Shown here in pieces: positions 13,101-26,400 of a stretch of DNA of 64,000 bases. Numbering within the stretch: position 1 is the stretch's first letter; each line of letters opens with the position of its first letter. This DNA comes from Eledone cirrhosa. Lineage: Eukaryota. The notes below the pieces were generated by a model that was not told where the DNA came from, did not search any database, and saw only the letters and a list, made by a program, of their open reading frames with translations. The position numbers and the translations under genes were made by a program. Where the stretch lies: positions 9,982,001-10,046,000 of the forward strand of contig OZ024757.1 in NCBI GenBank assembly GCA_964016885.1, in the 5' to 3' direction.

Positions 13101-14600
13101 TGGGGTTAAGTTAAGTTGGGGTTAAGTTAAGTTGGGATTAAGTCAAGTTGGGGTTAATTCAAGTTGGGGTTAAGTCAAGTTGGGGTTAAGTCAAGTTTGG
13201 GTTAAGTTAAGTTGGGATTGAGTCAAGTTGGGGTTAAGTTAAGTTGGGGTTAAGTCAAGTTGGGGTTAAATCAAGTTGGGGTTAAGTTAAGTTGGGGTTA
13301 AGTTAATTTAGGGGTAATTTAAGTTGGGGTTAAGTTAAGTTGGGTTTAAGGTAAGTTGGGGTTAAGTTAAGTTGGGGTTAAGTTAAGTTGGGGGGTAAGT
13401 TAAGTTAGGGGTAAGTCAAGTTGGGGTTAAATCAAGTTGGGTTTAAGTTAAGTTGGGGTTCAGTTAAGTTGGGGCTAAGTTAAGTTGGGGTTAAGTTGGG
13501 GTTAAGTTAAGTTGGGGTTAAGTTAAGTTGGGGTTAATGTAAGTTGGGGTTAAGTTAAGTTGGGGTTAAGTTAAGTTGGGGGTAAGTTAAGTTAGGGGTA
13601 AGTCAAGTTGGGGTTAAATCAAGTTGTGTTTAAGTTAAGTTGGGGTTCAGTTAAGTTGGGGCTAAGTTAAGTTGGGGTTAAGTTGGGGTTACGTTAAGTT
13701 GGGGTTAAGTTAAGTTGGGGTTAAGTTAAGTTGGTTTTAAGTTAAGTTAGGGGTAATTTAAGTTGGGGTTAAGTTAAGTTGGGGTTAAGGTAAGTTGGGG
13801 TTAAGTTAAGTTGGGGTTAAGTTAAGTTGGGGGTAAGTTAAGTTAGGGGTAAGTTAAGTTGGGGTTAAGTTAAGTTGGGGTTAAGTTAAGTTGGGGATAA
13901 GTTAAGTTGGGGTTAATTTAAGTTGGGGTTAAGTTATGTTGGGGTTAAGGTAAGTTGGGGTTAAGTTAAGTTGGGGTTAAGTTAAGTTGGGGTTACCTTA
14001 AGTTGGGGTTAAGTTAAGTTGGGGTTAAGTTAAGTTGGGATTAAGTCAAGTTGGGGTTAAGTCAAGTTTGGGTTAAGTTAAGTTGGGGTTAAGTTAAGTT
14101 GGGGTTAAGTTAAGTTGGGATTGAGTCAAGTTGGGGTTAAGTTAAGTTGGGGTTAAGTCAAGTTGGGGTTAAATCAAGTTGGGTTTAAGTTAAGTTGGGG
14201 TTCAGTTAAGTTGGGGCTAAGTTAAGTTGGGGTTAAGTTGGGGTTAAGTTAAGTTGGGGTTAAGTTAAGTTGGGGTTAAGTTAAGTTGGGGGTAAGTTAA
14301 GTTAGGGGTAATTTAAGTTGGGGTTAAGTTAAGTTGGGGTTAAGGTAAGTTGGGGTTAAGTTAAGTTGGGGTTAAGTTAAGTTGGGGTTAAGTTAAGTTG
14401 GGTTTAAGTTAAGTTGGGATTAAGTCAAGTTGGGGTTAAGTCAAGTTGGGGTTAAGTCAAGTTGGGGTTAATTCAAGTTGGGGTTAAGTCAAGTTGGGAT
14501 TAAGTCAAGTTGGGGTTAAGTCAAGTTGGGGTTAAGTTAAGTTGGGGTTAAGTTAAGTTGGGGTTAAGTTAAGTTGGGTTTAAGTTAAGTTGGGGTTAAG
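6540..14600 (+). repeat. HOR domain B: ~3.4-kb tandem duplication followed by a 1,730-bp duplication
   Basis: Marker pairs: AAGCGGGGGTTATG 6587/10038 (3451), CGGATTGAG 6791/10242 (3451), TCGA 7615/11082 (3467). A G6 tract at 8289/11660/13390 and AATGTAAG at 8435/11806/13536 give spacings 3371 and 1730. Confidence 0.82.
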
Positions 14601-15299
14601 TTAAGTAGGGGTTAAGTTAAGTTGGGGTTAAGTTGGGGTTAAGTTAAGTTGGGGTTAAGTTAAGTTGGGTTAAGTTAAGTTGGGGTTAATTAAGTTGGGG
14701 GTAAGTTAAGTTAGGGGTAAGTTAAGTTGGGGTTAATTTAAGTTGGGGTTAAGTTAAGTTGGGGATAAGTTAAGTTGGGGTTAATTTAAGTTGGGGTTAA
14801 GTTATGTTGGGGTTAAGGTAAGTTGGGGTTAAGTTAAGTTGGGGTTAAGTTAAGTTGGGGTTACGTTAAGTTGGGGTTAAGTTAAGTTGGGGTTAAGTTA
14901 AGTTGGGATTAATTCAAGTTGGGGTTAATCAAGTTGGGGTTAAGTCAAGTTGGGGTTAAGTCAAGTTTGGGTTAAGTTAATTTAGGGGTAATTTAAGTTG
15001 GGGTTAGGTTAAGTTGGGGTTAAGGTAAGTTGGGGTTAAGTTAAGTTGGGGTTAAGTTAAGTTGGGGGTAAGTTAAGTTAGGGGTAAGTCAAGTTGGGGT
15101 TAAATCAAGTTGGGTTTAAGTTAAGTTGGGGTTCAGTTAAGTTGGGGCTAAGTTAAGTTGGGGTTAAGTTGGGGTTAAGTTAAGTTGGGGTTAAGTTAAG
15201 TTGGGGTTAAGGTAAGTTGGGGTTAAGTTAAGTTGGGGTTAAGTTAAGTTGGGGGTAAGTTAAGTTAGGGGTAAGTCAAGTTGGGGTTAAATCAAGTTG

Positions 15300-16200
15300 G
15301 GTTTAAGTTAAGTTGGGGTTCAGTTAAGTTGGGGCTAAGTTAAGTTGGGGTTAAGTTGGGGTTAAGTTAATTTGGGGTTACGTTAAGTTGGGGTTAAGTT
15401 AAGTTGGGGGTAAGTTAAGTTAGGGGTAATTTAAGTTGGGGTTAAGTTAAGTTGGGGTTAAGGTAAGTTGGGGTTAAGTTAAGTTGGGGTTAAGTTAAGT
15501 TGGGGGTAAGTTAAGTTAGGGGTAAGTTAAGTTGGGGTTAAGTTAAGTCGGGGTTAAGTTAAGTTGGGGATAAGTTAAGTTGGGGTTAATTTAAGTTGGG
15601 GTTAAGTTATGTTGGGGTTAAGGTAAGTTGGGGTTAAGTTAAGTTGGGGTTAAGTTAAGTTGGGGTTACCTTAAGTTGGGGTTAAGTTAAGTTGGGGTTA
15701 AGTTAAGTTGGGGTTAAGTTAAGTTAGGGGTAAGTCAAGTTGGGGTTAAATCAAGTTGGGTTTAAGTTAAGTTGGGGTTCAGTTAAGTTGGGGCTAAGTT
15801 AAGTTGGGGTTAAGTTGGGGTTAAGTTAATTTGGGGTTTAGTTAAGTTGGGGTTAAGTTAAGTTGGGGGTAAGTTAAGTTAGGGGTAATTTAAGTTGGGG
15901 TTAAGTTAAGTTGGGGTTAAGGTAAGTTGGGGTTAAGTTAAGTTGGGGTTAAGTTAAGTTGGGGGTAAGTTAAGTTAGGGGTAAGTTAAGTTGGGGTTAA
16001 GTTAAGTCGGGGTTAAGTTAAGTTGGGGATAAGTTAAGTTGGGGTTAATTTAAGTTGGCGTTAAGTTATGTTGGGGTTAAGGTAAGTTGGGGTTAAGTTA
16101 AGTTGGGGTTACGTTAAGTTGGGGTTACCTTAAGTTGGGGTTAAGTTAAGTTGGGGTTAAGTTAAGTTGGGATTAAGTCAAGTTGGGGTTAAGTCAAGTT
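15300..16200 (+). repeat. 459-bp internal tandem duplication
   Basis: TTCAG at 15321/15780 and AAGTCGGGG at 15549/16008, both 459 bp apart. Confidence 0.8.
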
Positions 16201-17429
16201 GGGGTTAAGTCAAGTTGGGATTAAGTCAAGTTTGGGTTAAGTTAAGTTGGGGTTAAGTTAAGTTGGGGTTAATTTAAGTTGGGATTGAGTCAAGTTGGGG
16301 TTAAGTTAAGTTGGGGTTAAGTCAAGTTGGGGTTAAATCAAGTTGGGTTTAAGTTAAGTTGGGGTTCAGTTAAGTTGGGGCTAAGTTAAGTTGGGGTTAA
16401 GTTGGGGTTAAGTTAAGTTGGGGTTAAGTTAAGTTGGGGTTAAGTTAAGTTGGGGGTAAGTTAAGTTAGGGGTAATTTAAGTTGGGGTTAAGTTAAGTTG
16501 GGGTTAAGGTAAGTTGGGGTTAAGTTAAGTTGGGGTTAAGTTAAGTTGGGGTTAAGTTAAGTTGGGTTTAAGTTAAGTTGGGATTAAGTCAAGTTGGGGT
16601 TAAGTCAAGTTGGGGTTAAGTCAAGTTGGGGTTAATTCAAGTTGGGGTTAAGTCAAGTTGGGATTAAGTCAAGTTGGGGTTAAGTCAAGTTGGGGTTAAG
16701 TTAAGTTGGGGTTAAGTTAAGTTGGGGTTAAGTTAAGTTGGGTTTAAGTTAAGTTGGGGTTAAGTTAAGTAGGGGTTAAGTTAAGTTGGGGTTAAGTTGG
16801 GGTTAAGTTAAGTTGGGGTTAAGTTAAGTTGGGTTAAGTTAAGTTGGGGTTAATTAAGTTGGGGGTAAGTTAAGTTAGGGGTAAGTTAAGTTGGGGTTAA
16901 TTTAAGTTGGGGTTAAGTTAAGTTGGGGTTAAGTTAAGTTGGGGTTAATTTAAGTTGGGGTTAAGTTAAGTTGGGGTTAAGGTAAGTTGGGGTTAAGTTA
17001 AGTTGGGGTTAAGTTAAGTTGGGGTTACGTTAAGTTGGGGTTAAGTTAAGTTGGGGTTAAGTTAAGTTGGGATTAAGTCAAGTTGGTGTTAAGTCAAGTT
17101 GGGGTTAAGTCAAGTTGGGGTTAAGTCAAGTTGGGGTTAAGTCAAGTTTGGGTTAAGTTAAGTTGGGGTTAAGTTAAGTTGGGGTTAAGTTAAGTGGGGG
17201 TTAAGTTAACTTGGGGTTAAGTTAAGTTGGGGCTAATTTAAGTTGGTGTTAATTTAAGTTGGGGTTAAGTTAAGTTGGGGTTAAGTTAAGTTGGGGTTAA
17301 ATTAAGCTGGGGTTAACTTAAGTAGGGGTTAAGTTAAGTTGGGTTAAGTTGGGATTAACTTAAGTTTGGGTTAAGTTAAGTTGGGGTTAAGTTAAATTCG
17401 GATTGAGTCAAGTGTGGGGTTAAGTCAAG

Positions 17430-20400
17430 TTGGGGTTAAGTTAAGTCGGGGTTAAGTTAAGTTGGGGATAATTTAAGTTGGGGTTAATTTAAGTTGGGGT
17501 TAAGTTATGTTGGGGTTAAGGTAAGTTGGGGTTAAGTTAAGTTGGGGTTAAGTTAAGTTGGGGTTACCTTAAGTTGGGGTTAAGTTAAGTTGGGGTTAAG
17601 TTAAGTTGGGGTTAAGTTAAGTTGCGGTTAAGTTAAGTTAGGGGTAAGTCAAGTTGGGGTTAAATCAAGTTGGGTTTAAGTTAAGTTGGGGTTCAGTTAA
17701 GTTGGGGCTAATTTAAGTTGGGGTTAAGTTGGGGTTAAGTTAATTTGGGGTTTAGTTAAGTTGGGGTTAAGTTAAGTTGGGGGTAAGTTAAGTTAGGGGT
17801 AATTTAAGTTGGGGTTAAGTTAAGTTGGGGTTAAGGTAAGTTGGGGTTAAGTTAAGTTGGGGTTAAGTTAAGTTGGGGGTAAGTTAAGTTAGGGGTAAGT
17901 TACGTTGGGGTTAAGTTAAGTCGGGGTTAAGTTAAGTTGGGGATAAGTTAAGTTGGGGTTAATTTAAGTTGGGGTTAAGTTATGTTGGGGTTAAGGTAAG
18001 TTGGGGTTAAGTTAAGTTGGGGTTACGTTAAGTTGGGGTTACCTTAAGTTGGGGTTAAGTTAAGTTGGGGTTAAGTTAAGTTGGGATTAAGTCAAGTTGG
18101 GGTTAAGTCAAGTTGGGGTTAAGTCAAGTTGGGATTAAGTCAAGTTTGGGTTAAGTTAAGTTGGGGTTAAGTTAAGTTGGGGTTAAGTTAAGTTGGGATT
18201 GAGTCAAGTTGGGGTTAAGTTAAGTTGGGGTTAAGTCAAGTTGGGGTTAAATCAAGTTGGGTTTAAGTTAAGTTGGGGTTCAGTTAAGTTGGGGCTAAGT
18301 TACGTTGGGGTTAAGTTGGGGTTAAGTTAAGTTGGGGTTAAGTTAAGTTGGGGTTAAGTTAAGTTGGGGGTAAGTTAAGTTAGGGGTAATTTAAGTTGGG
18401 GTTAAGTTAAGTTGGGGTTAAGGTAAGTTGGGGTTAAGTTAAGTTGGGGTTAAGTTAAGTTGGGGTTAAGTTAAGTTGGGTTTAAGTTAAGTTGGGATTA
18501 AGTCAAGTTGGGGTTAAGTCAAGTTGGGGTTAAGTCAAGTTGGGGTTAATTCAAGTTGGGGTTAAGTCAAGTTGGGATTAAGTCAAGTTGGGGTTAAGTC
18601 AAGTTGGGGTTAAGTTAAGTTGGGGTTAAGTTAAGTTGGGGTTAAGTTAAGTTGGGTTTAAGTTAAGTTGGGGTTAAGTTAAGTAGGGGTTAAGTTAAGT
18701 TGGGGTTAAGTTGGGGTTAAGTTAAGTTGGGGTTAAGTTAAGTTGGGTTAAGTTAAGTTGGGGTTAATTAAGTTGGGGGTAAGTTAAGTTAGGGGTAAGT
18801 TAAGTTGGGGTTAATTTAAGTTGGGGTTAAGTTAAGTTGGGGTTAAGTTAAGTTGGGGTTAAGTTAAGTTGGGGTTAATTTAAGTTGGGGTTAAGTTAAG
18901 TTGGGGTTAAGGTAAGTTGGGGTTAAGTTAAGTTGGGGTTAAGTTAAGTTGGGGTTACGTTAAGTTGGGGTTAAGTTAAGTTGGGGTTAAGTTAAGTTGG
19001 GATTAAGTCAAGTTGGTGTTAAGTCAAGTTGGGGTTAAGTCAAGTTGGGGTTAAGTCAAGTTGGGGTTAAGTCAAGTTTGGGTTAAGTTAAGTTGGGGTT
19101 AAGTTAAGTTGGGGTTAAGTTAAGTGGGGGTTAAGTTAACTTGGGGTTAAGTTAAGTTGGGGCTAATTTAAGTTGGTGTTAATTTAAGTTGGGGTTAAGT
19201 TAAGTTGGGGTTAAGTTAAGTTGGGGTTAAATTAAGCTGGGGTTAACTTAAGTAGGGGTTAAGTTAAGTTGGGTTAAGTTGGGATTAACTTAAGTTTGGG
19301 TTAAGTTAAGTTGGGGTTAAGTTAAGTTCGGATTGAGTCAAGTGTGGGGTTAAGTCAAGTTGGGGTTAAGTCAAGTTGGGTTTAAGTTAAGTTGGGGTTA
19401 AGTTAAGTTGGGGTTAAGTTAAGTTGGTGTTAAGTTAAGTTGGGGTTAAGTTAAGTTGGGGTTAAGTTAATATGGGGTTAAGTTAAGTTGGGGTTAAGTT
19501 AAGTTGGGGTTAAGTCAAGTTGGGGTTAAGTCAAGTTGGGGTTAAGTTAAGTTGGGGTTAAGTTAAGTTGGGGTTAAGTTAAGTTGGGGGTAAGTTAATT
19601 AAGTCGGGGGTAATTTAAGTTGGGGGTAAGTTAAGCTGGGGTTAAGTTAAGTTGGGGTTAAGTTAAGTTGGGGTTAAGTTAAGTAGGGGTTAAGTTAAGT
19701 TGGGGTTAAGTTGGGGTTAAGTTAAGTTGGGGTTAAGTTAATTTGGGGTTAAGTTAAGTTGGGGTTAAGTTAAGTTGGGGTTAAGTTAAGTTGGGGGTAA
19801 GTTAAGTTAGGGGTAAGTTAAGTTGGGGTTAAGTTAAGTTGGGGTTAAGTTAAGTTGGGGATAAGTTAAGTTGGGGTTAATTTAAGTTGGGGTTAAGTTA
19901 AGTTGGGGTTAAGGTAAGTTGGGGTTAAGTTAAGTTGGGGTTAAGTTAAGTTGGGGTTAAGTTAAGTTGGGGTTAAGTTAAGTTGGGGTTAAGTTAAGTT
20001 GGGATTAAGTCAAGTTGGGGTTAAGTCAAGTTGGGGTTAAGTCAAGTTGGGGTTAAGTCAAGTTTGGGTTAAGTTAAGTTGGGGTTAAGTTAAGTTGGGG
20101 TTAAGTTAAGTTGGGGTAAGTTAAGTTGGAATTAAGTCAAGTTGGGGTTAAATCAAGTTGGGGTTAAGTCAAGTTGGGTTTAAGTTAAGTTGGGGTTCAG
20201 TTAAGTTGGGGCTAAGTTAAGTTGGGGTTAAGTTGGGGTTAAGTTAAGTTGGGGTTAAATCAAGTTGGGGTTAACTCAAGTTGGGGTTAAGTCAAGTTGG
20301 GGTTAAGTCAAGTTGGGATTAAGTCAAGTTGGGGTTAAGTCAAGTTGGGGTTAAGTTAAGTTGGGGTTAAGTTAAGTTGGGGTTAAGTTAAGTTGGGGTT

Positions 20401-23400
20401 AAATTAAGTTGGGGGTAAGTTAATTAAGTCGGGGGTAATTTAAGTTGGGGGTAAGTTAAGCTGGGGTTAAGTTAAGTTGGGGTTAAGTTAAGTTGGGGTT
20501 AAGTTAAGTAGGGGTTAAGTTAAGTTGGGGTTAAGTTGGGGTTAAGTTAAGTTGGGGTTAAGTTAATTTGGGGTTAAGTTAAGTTGGGGTTAAGTTAAGT
20601 TGGGGTTAAGTTAAGTTGGGGATAAGTTAAGTTGGGGTTAATTCAAGTTGGGGTTAAGTCAAGTTGGGATTAAGTCAAGTTGGGGTTAAGTCAAGTTGGG
20701 GTTAAGTTAAGTTGGGGTTAAGTTAAGTTGGGGTTAAGTTAAGTTGGGTTTAAGTTAAGTTGGGGTTAAGTTAAGTAGGGGTTAAGTTAAGTTGGGGTTA
20801 AGTTGGGGTTAAGTTAAGTTGGGGTTAAGTTAAGTTGGGTTAAGTTAAGTTGGGGTTAATTAAGTTGGGGGTAAGTTAAGTTAGGGGTAAGTTAAGTTGG
20901 GGTTAATTTAAGTTGGGGTTAAGTTAAGTTGGGGTTAAGTTAAGTTGGGGTTAATTTAAGTTGGGGTTAAGTTAAGTTGGGGTTAAGGTAAGTTGGGGTT
21001 AAGTTAAGTTGGGGTTAAGTTAAGTTGGGGTTACGTTAAGTTGGGGTTAAGTTAAGTTGGGGTTAAGTTAAGTTGGGATTAAGTCAAGTTGGTGTTAAGT
21101 CAAGTTGGGGTTAAGTCAAGTTGGGGTTAAGTCAAGTTGGGGTTAAGTCAAGTTTGGGTTAAGTTAAGTTGGGGTTAAGTTAAGTTGGGGTTAAGTTAAG
21201 TGGGGGTTAAGTTAACTTGGGGTTAAGTTAAGTTGGGGCTAATTTAAGTTGGTGTTAATTTAAGTTGGGGTTAAGTTAAGTTGGGGTTAAGTTAAGTTGG
21301 GGTTAAATTAAGCTGGGGTTAACTTAAGTAGGGGTTAAGTTAAGTTGGGTTAAGTTGGGATTAACTTAAGTTTGGGTTAAGTTAAGTTGGGGTTAAGTTA
21401 AGTTCGGATTGAGTCAAGTGTGGGGTTAAGTCAAGTTGGGGTTAAGTTAAGTCGGGGTTAAGTTAAGTTGGGGATAATTTAAGTTGGGGTTAATTTAAGT
21501 TGGGGTTAAGTTATGTTGGGGTTAAGGTAAGTTGGGGTTAAGTTAAGTTGGGGTTAAGTTAAGTTGGGGTTACCTTAAGTTGGGGTTAAGTTAAGTTGGG
21601 TTTAAGTTAAGTTGGGGTTAAGTTAAGTTGGGGTTAAGTTAAGTTAGGGGTAAGTCAAGTTGGGGTTAAATCAAGTTGGGTTTAAGTTAAGTTGGGGTTC
21701 AGTTAAGTTGGGGCTAATTTAAGTTGGGGTTAAGTTGGGGTTAAGTTAATTTGGGGTTTAGTTAAGTTGGGGTTAAGTTAAGTTGGGGGTAAGTTAAGTT
21801 AGGGGTAATTTAAGTTGGGGTTAAGTTAAGTTGGGGTTAAGGTAAGTTGGGGTTAAGTTAAGTTGGGGTTAAGTTAAGTTGGGGGTAAGTTAAGTTAGGG
21901 GTAAGTTACGTTGGGGTTAAGTTAAGTCGGGGTTAAGTTAAGTTGGGGATAAGTTAAGTTGGGGTTAATTTAAGTTGGGGTTAAGTTATGTTGGGGTTAA
22001 GGTAAGTTGGGGTTAAGTTAAGTTGGGGTTACGTTAAGTTGGGGTTACCTTAAGTTGGGGTTAAGTTAAGTTGGGGTTAAGTTAAGTTGGGATTAAGTCA
22101 AGTTGGGGTTAAGTCAAGTTGGGGTTAAGTCAAGTTGGGATTAAGTCAAGTTTGGGTTAAGTTAAGTTGGGGTTAAGTTAAGTTGGGGTTAAGTTAAGTT
22201 GGGATTGAGTCAAGTTGGGGTTAAGTTAAGTTGGGGTTAAGTCAAGTTGGGGTTAAATCAAGTTGGGTTTAAGTTAAGTTGGGGTTCAGTTAAGTTGGGG
22301 CTAAGTTAAGTTGGGGTTAAGTTGGGGTTAAGTTAAGTTGGGGTTAAGTTAAGTTGGGGTTAAGTTAAGTTGGGGGTAAGTTAAGTTAGGGGTAATTTAA
22401 GTTGGGGTTAAGTTAAGTTGGGGTTAAGGTAAGTTGGGGTTAAGTTAAGTTGGGGTTAAGTTAAGTTGGGGTTAAGTTAAGTTGGGTTTAAGTTAAGTTG
22501 GGATTAAGTCAAGTTGGGGTTAAGTCAAGTTGGGGTTAAGTCAAGTTGGGGTTAATTCAAGTTGGGGTTAAGTCAAGTTGGGATTAAGTCAAGTTGGGGT
22601 TAAGTCAAGTTGGGGTTAAGTTAAGTTGGGGTTAAGTTAAGTTGGGGTTAAGTTAAGTTGGGTTTAAGTTAAGTTGGGGTTAAGTTAAGTAGGGGTTAAG
22701 TTAAGTTGGGGTTAAGTTGGGGTTAAGTTAAGTTGGGGTTAAGTTAAGTTGGGTTAAGTTAAGTTGGGGTTAATTAAGTTGGGGGTAAGTTAAGTTAGGG
22801 GTAAGTTAAGTTGGGGTTAATTTAAGTTGGGGTTAAGTTAAGTTGGGGTTAAGTTAAGTTGGGGTTAAGTTAAGTTGGGGTTAATTTAAGTTGGGGTTAA
22901 GTTAAGTTGGGGTTAAGGTAAGTTGGGGTTAAGTTAAGTTGGGGTTAAGTTAAGTTGGGGTTACGTTAAGTTGGGGTTAAGTTAAGTTGGGGTTAAGTTA
23001 AGTTGGGATTAAGTCAAGTTGGTGTTAAGTCAAGTTGGGGTTAAGTCAAGTTGGGGTTAAGTCAAGTTGGGGTTAAGTCAAGTTTGGGTTAAGTTAAGTT
23101 GGGGTTAAGTTAAGTTGGGGTTAAGTTAAGTGGGGGTTAAGTTAACTTGGGGTTAAGTTAAGTTGGGGCTAATTTAAGTTGGTGTTAATTTAAGTTGGGG
23201 TTAAGTTAAGTTGGGGTTAAGTTAAGTTGGGGTTAAATTAAGCTGGGGTTAACTTAAGTAGGGGTTAAGTTAAGTTGGGTTAAGTTGGGATTAACTTAAG
23301 TTTGGGTTAAGTTAAGTTGGGGTTAAGTTAAGTTCGGATTGAGTCAAGTGTGGGGTTAAGTCAAGTTGGGGTTAAGTCAAGTTGGGTTTAAGTTAAGTTG

Positions 23401-26400
23401 GGGTTAAGTTAAGTTGGGGTTAAGTTAAGTTGGTGTTAAGTTAAGTTGGGGTTAAGTTAAGTTGGGGTTAAGTTAATATGGGGTTAAGTTAAGTTGGGGT
23501 TAAGTTAAGTTGGGGTTAAGTCAAGTTGGGGTTAAGTCAAGTTGGGGTTAAGTTAAGTTGGGGTTAAGTTAAGTTGGGATTGAGTCAAGTTGGGGTTAAG
23601 TTAAGTTGGGGTTAAGTCAAGTTGGGGTTAAATCAAGTTGGGTTTAAGTTAAGTTGGGGTTCAGTTAAGTTGGGGCTAAGTTACGTTGGGGTTAAGTTGG
23701 GGTTAAGTTAAGTTGGGGTTAAGTTAAGTTGGGGTTAAGTTAAGTTGGGGGTAAGTTAAGTTAGGGGTAATTTAAGTTGGGGTTAAGTTAAGTTGGGGTT
23801 AAGGTAAGTTGGGGTTAAGTTAAGTTGGGGTTAAGTTAAGTTGGGGTTAAGTTAAGTTGGGTTTAAGTTAAGTTGGGATTAAGTCAAGTTGGGGTTAAGT
23901 CAAGTTGGGGTTAAGTCAAGTTGGGGTTAATTCAAGTTGGGGTTAAGTCAAGTTGGGATTAAGTCAAGTTGGGGTTAAGTCAAGTTGGGGTTAAGTTAAG
24001 TTGGGGTTAAGTTAAGTTGGGGTTAAGTTAAGTTGGGTTTAAGTTAAGTTGGGGTTAAGTTAAGTAGGGGTTAAGTTAAGTTGGGGTTAAGTTGGGGTTA
24101 AGTTAAGTTGGGGTTAAGTTAAGTTGGGTTAAGTTAAGTTGGGGTTAATTAAGTTGGGGGTAAGTTAAGTTAGGGGTAAGTTAAGTTGGGGTTAATTTAA
24201 GTTGGGGTTAAGTTAAGTTGGGGTTAAGTTAAGTTGGGGTTAAGTTAAGTTGGGGTTAATTTAAGTTGGGGTTAAGTTAAGTTGGGGTTAAGGTAAGTTG
24301 GGGTTAAGTTAAGTTGGGGTTAAGTTAAGTTGGGGTTACGTTAAGTTGGGGTTAAGTTAAGTTGGGGTTAAGTTAAGTTGGGATTAAGTCAAGTTGGTGT
24401 TAAGTCAAGTTGGGGTTAAGTCAAGTTGGGGTTAAGTCAAGTTGGGGTTAAGTCAAGTTTGGGTTAAGTTAAGTTGGGGTTAAGTTAAGTTGGGGTTAAG
24501 TTAAGTGGGGGTTAAGTTAACTTGGGGTTAAGTTAAGTTGGGGCTAATTTAAGTTGGTGTTAATTTAAGTTGGGGTTAAGTTAAGTTGGGGTTAAGTTAA
24601 GTTGGGGTTAAATTAAGCTGGGGTTAACTTAAGTAGGGGTTAAGTTAAGTTGGGTTAAGTTGGGATTAACTTAAGTTTGGGTTAAGTTAAGTTGGGGTTA
24701 AGTTAAGTTCGGATTGAGTCAAGTGTGGGGTTAAGTCAAGTTGGGGTTAAGTCAAGTTGGGTTTAAGTTAAGTTGGGGTTAAGTTAAGTTGGGGTTAAGT
24801 TAAGTTGGTGTTAAGTTAAGTTGGGGTTAAGTTAAGTTGGGGTTAAGTTAATATGGGGTTAAGTTAAGTTGGGGTTAAGTTAAGTTGGGGTTAAGTCAAG
24901 TTGGGGTTAAGTCAAGTTGGGGTTAAGTTAAGTTGGGGTTAAGTTAAGTTGGGGTTAAGTTAAGTTGGGGGTAAGTTAATTAAGTCGGGGGTAATTTAAG
25001 TTGGGGGTAAGTTAAGCTGGGGTTCAGTTAAGTTGGGGTTAAGTTAAGTTGGGGTTAAGTTAAGTAGGGGTTAAGTTAAGTTGGGGTTAAGTTGGGGTTA
25101 AGTTAAGTTGGGGTTAAGTTAATTTGGGGTTAAGTTAAGTTGGGGTTAAGTTAAGTTGGGGTTAAGTTAAGTTGGGGGTAAGTTAAGTTAGGGGTAAGTT
25201 AAGTTGGGGTTAAGTTAAGTTGGGGTTAAGTTAAGTTGGGGATAAGTTAAGTTGGGGTTAATTTAAGTTGGGGTTAAGTTAAGTTGGGGTTAAGGTAAGT
25301 TGGGGTTAAGTTAAGTTGGGGTTAAGTTAAGTTGGGGTTAAGTTAAGTTGGGGTTAAGTTAAGTTGGGGTTAAGTTAAGTTGGGATTAAGTCAAGTTGGG
25401 GTTAAGTCAAGTTGGGGTTAAGTCAAGTTGGGGTTAAGTCAAGTTTGGGTTAAGTTAAGTTGGGGTTAAGTTAAGTTGGGGTTAAGTTAAGTTGGGGTAA
25501 GTTAAGTTGGAATTAAGTCAAGTTGGGGTTAAATCAAGTTGGGGTTAAGTCAAGTTGGGTTTAAGTTAAGTTGGGGTTCAGTTAAGTTGGGGCTAAGTTA
25601 AGTTGGGGTTAAGTTGGGGTTAAGTTAAGTTGGGGTTAAATCAAGTTGGGGTTAACTCAAGTTGGGGTTAAGTCAAGTTGGGGTTAAGTCAAGTTGGGAT
25701 TAAGTCAAGTTGGGGTTAAGTCAAGTTGGGGTTAAGTTAAGTTGGGGTTAAGTTAAGTTGGGGTTAAGTTAAGTTGGGGTTAAATTAAGTTGGGGGTAAG
25801 TTAATTAAGTCGGGGGTAATTTAAGTTGGGGGTAAGTTAAGCTGGGGTTAAGTTAAGTTGGGGTTAAGTTAAGTTGGGGTTAAGTTAAGTAGGGGTTAAG
25901 TTAAGTTGGGGTTAAGTTGGGGTTAAGTTAAGTTGGGGTTAAGTTAATTTGGGGTTAAGTTAAGTTGGGGTTAAGTTAAGTTGGGGTTAAGTTAAGTTGG
26001 GGATAAGTTAAGTTGGGGTTAATTCAAGTTGGGGTTAAGTCAAGTTGGGATTAAGTCAAGTTGGGGTTAAGTCAAGTTGGGGTTAAGTTAAGTTGGGGTT
26101 AAGTTAAGTTGGGGTTAAGTTAAGTTGGGTTTAAGTTAAGTTGGGGTTAAGTTAAGTAGGGGTTAAGTTAAGTTGGGGTTAAGTTGGGGTTAAGTTAAGT
26201 TGGGGTTAAGTTAAGTTGGGTTAAGTTAAGTTGGGGTTAATTAAGTTGGGGGTAAGTTAAGTTAGGGGTAAGTTAAGTTGGGGTTAATTTAAGTTGGGGT
26301 TAAGTTAAGTTGGGGTTAAGTTAAGTTGGGGTTAATTTAAGTTGGGGTTAAGTTAAGTTGGGGTTAAGGTAAGTTGGGGTTAAGTTAAGTTGGGGTTAAG

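Noticed and set aside
716-15010. Canonical telomere motifs TTAGGG (in TTAGGGG) and TTAGG (e.g. 15004)
   Set aside because: They are isolated single-base variants of the monomer and are never tandem.
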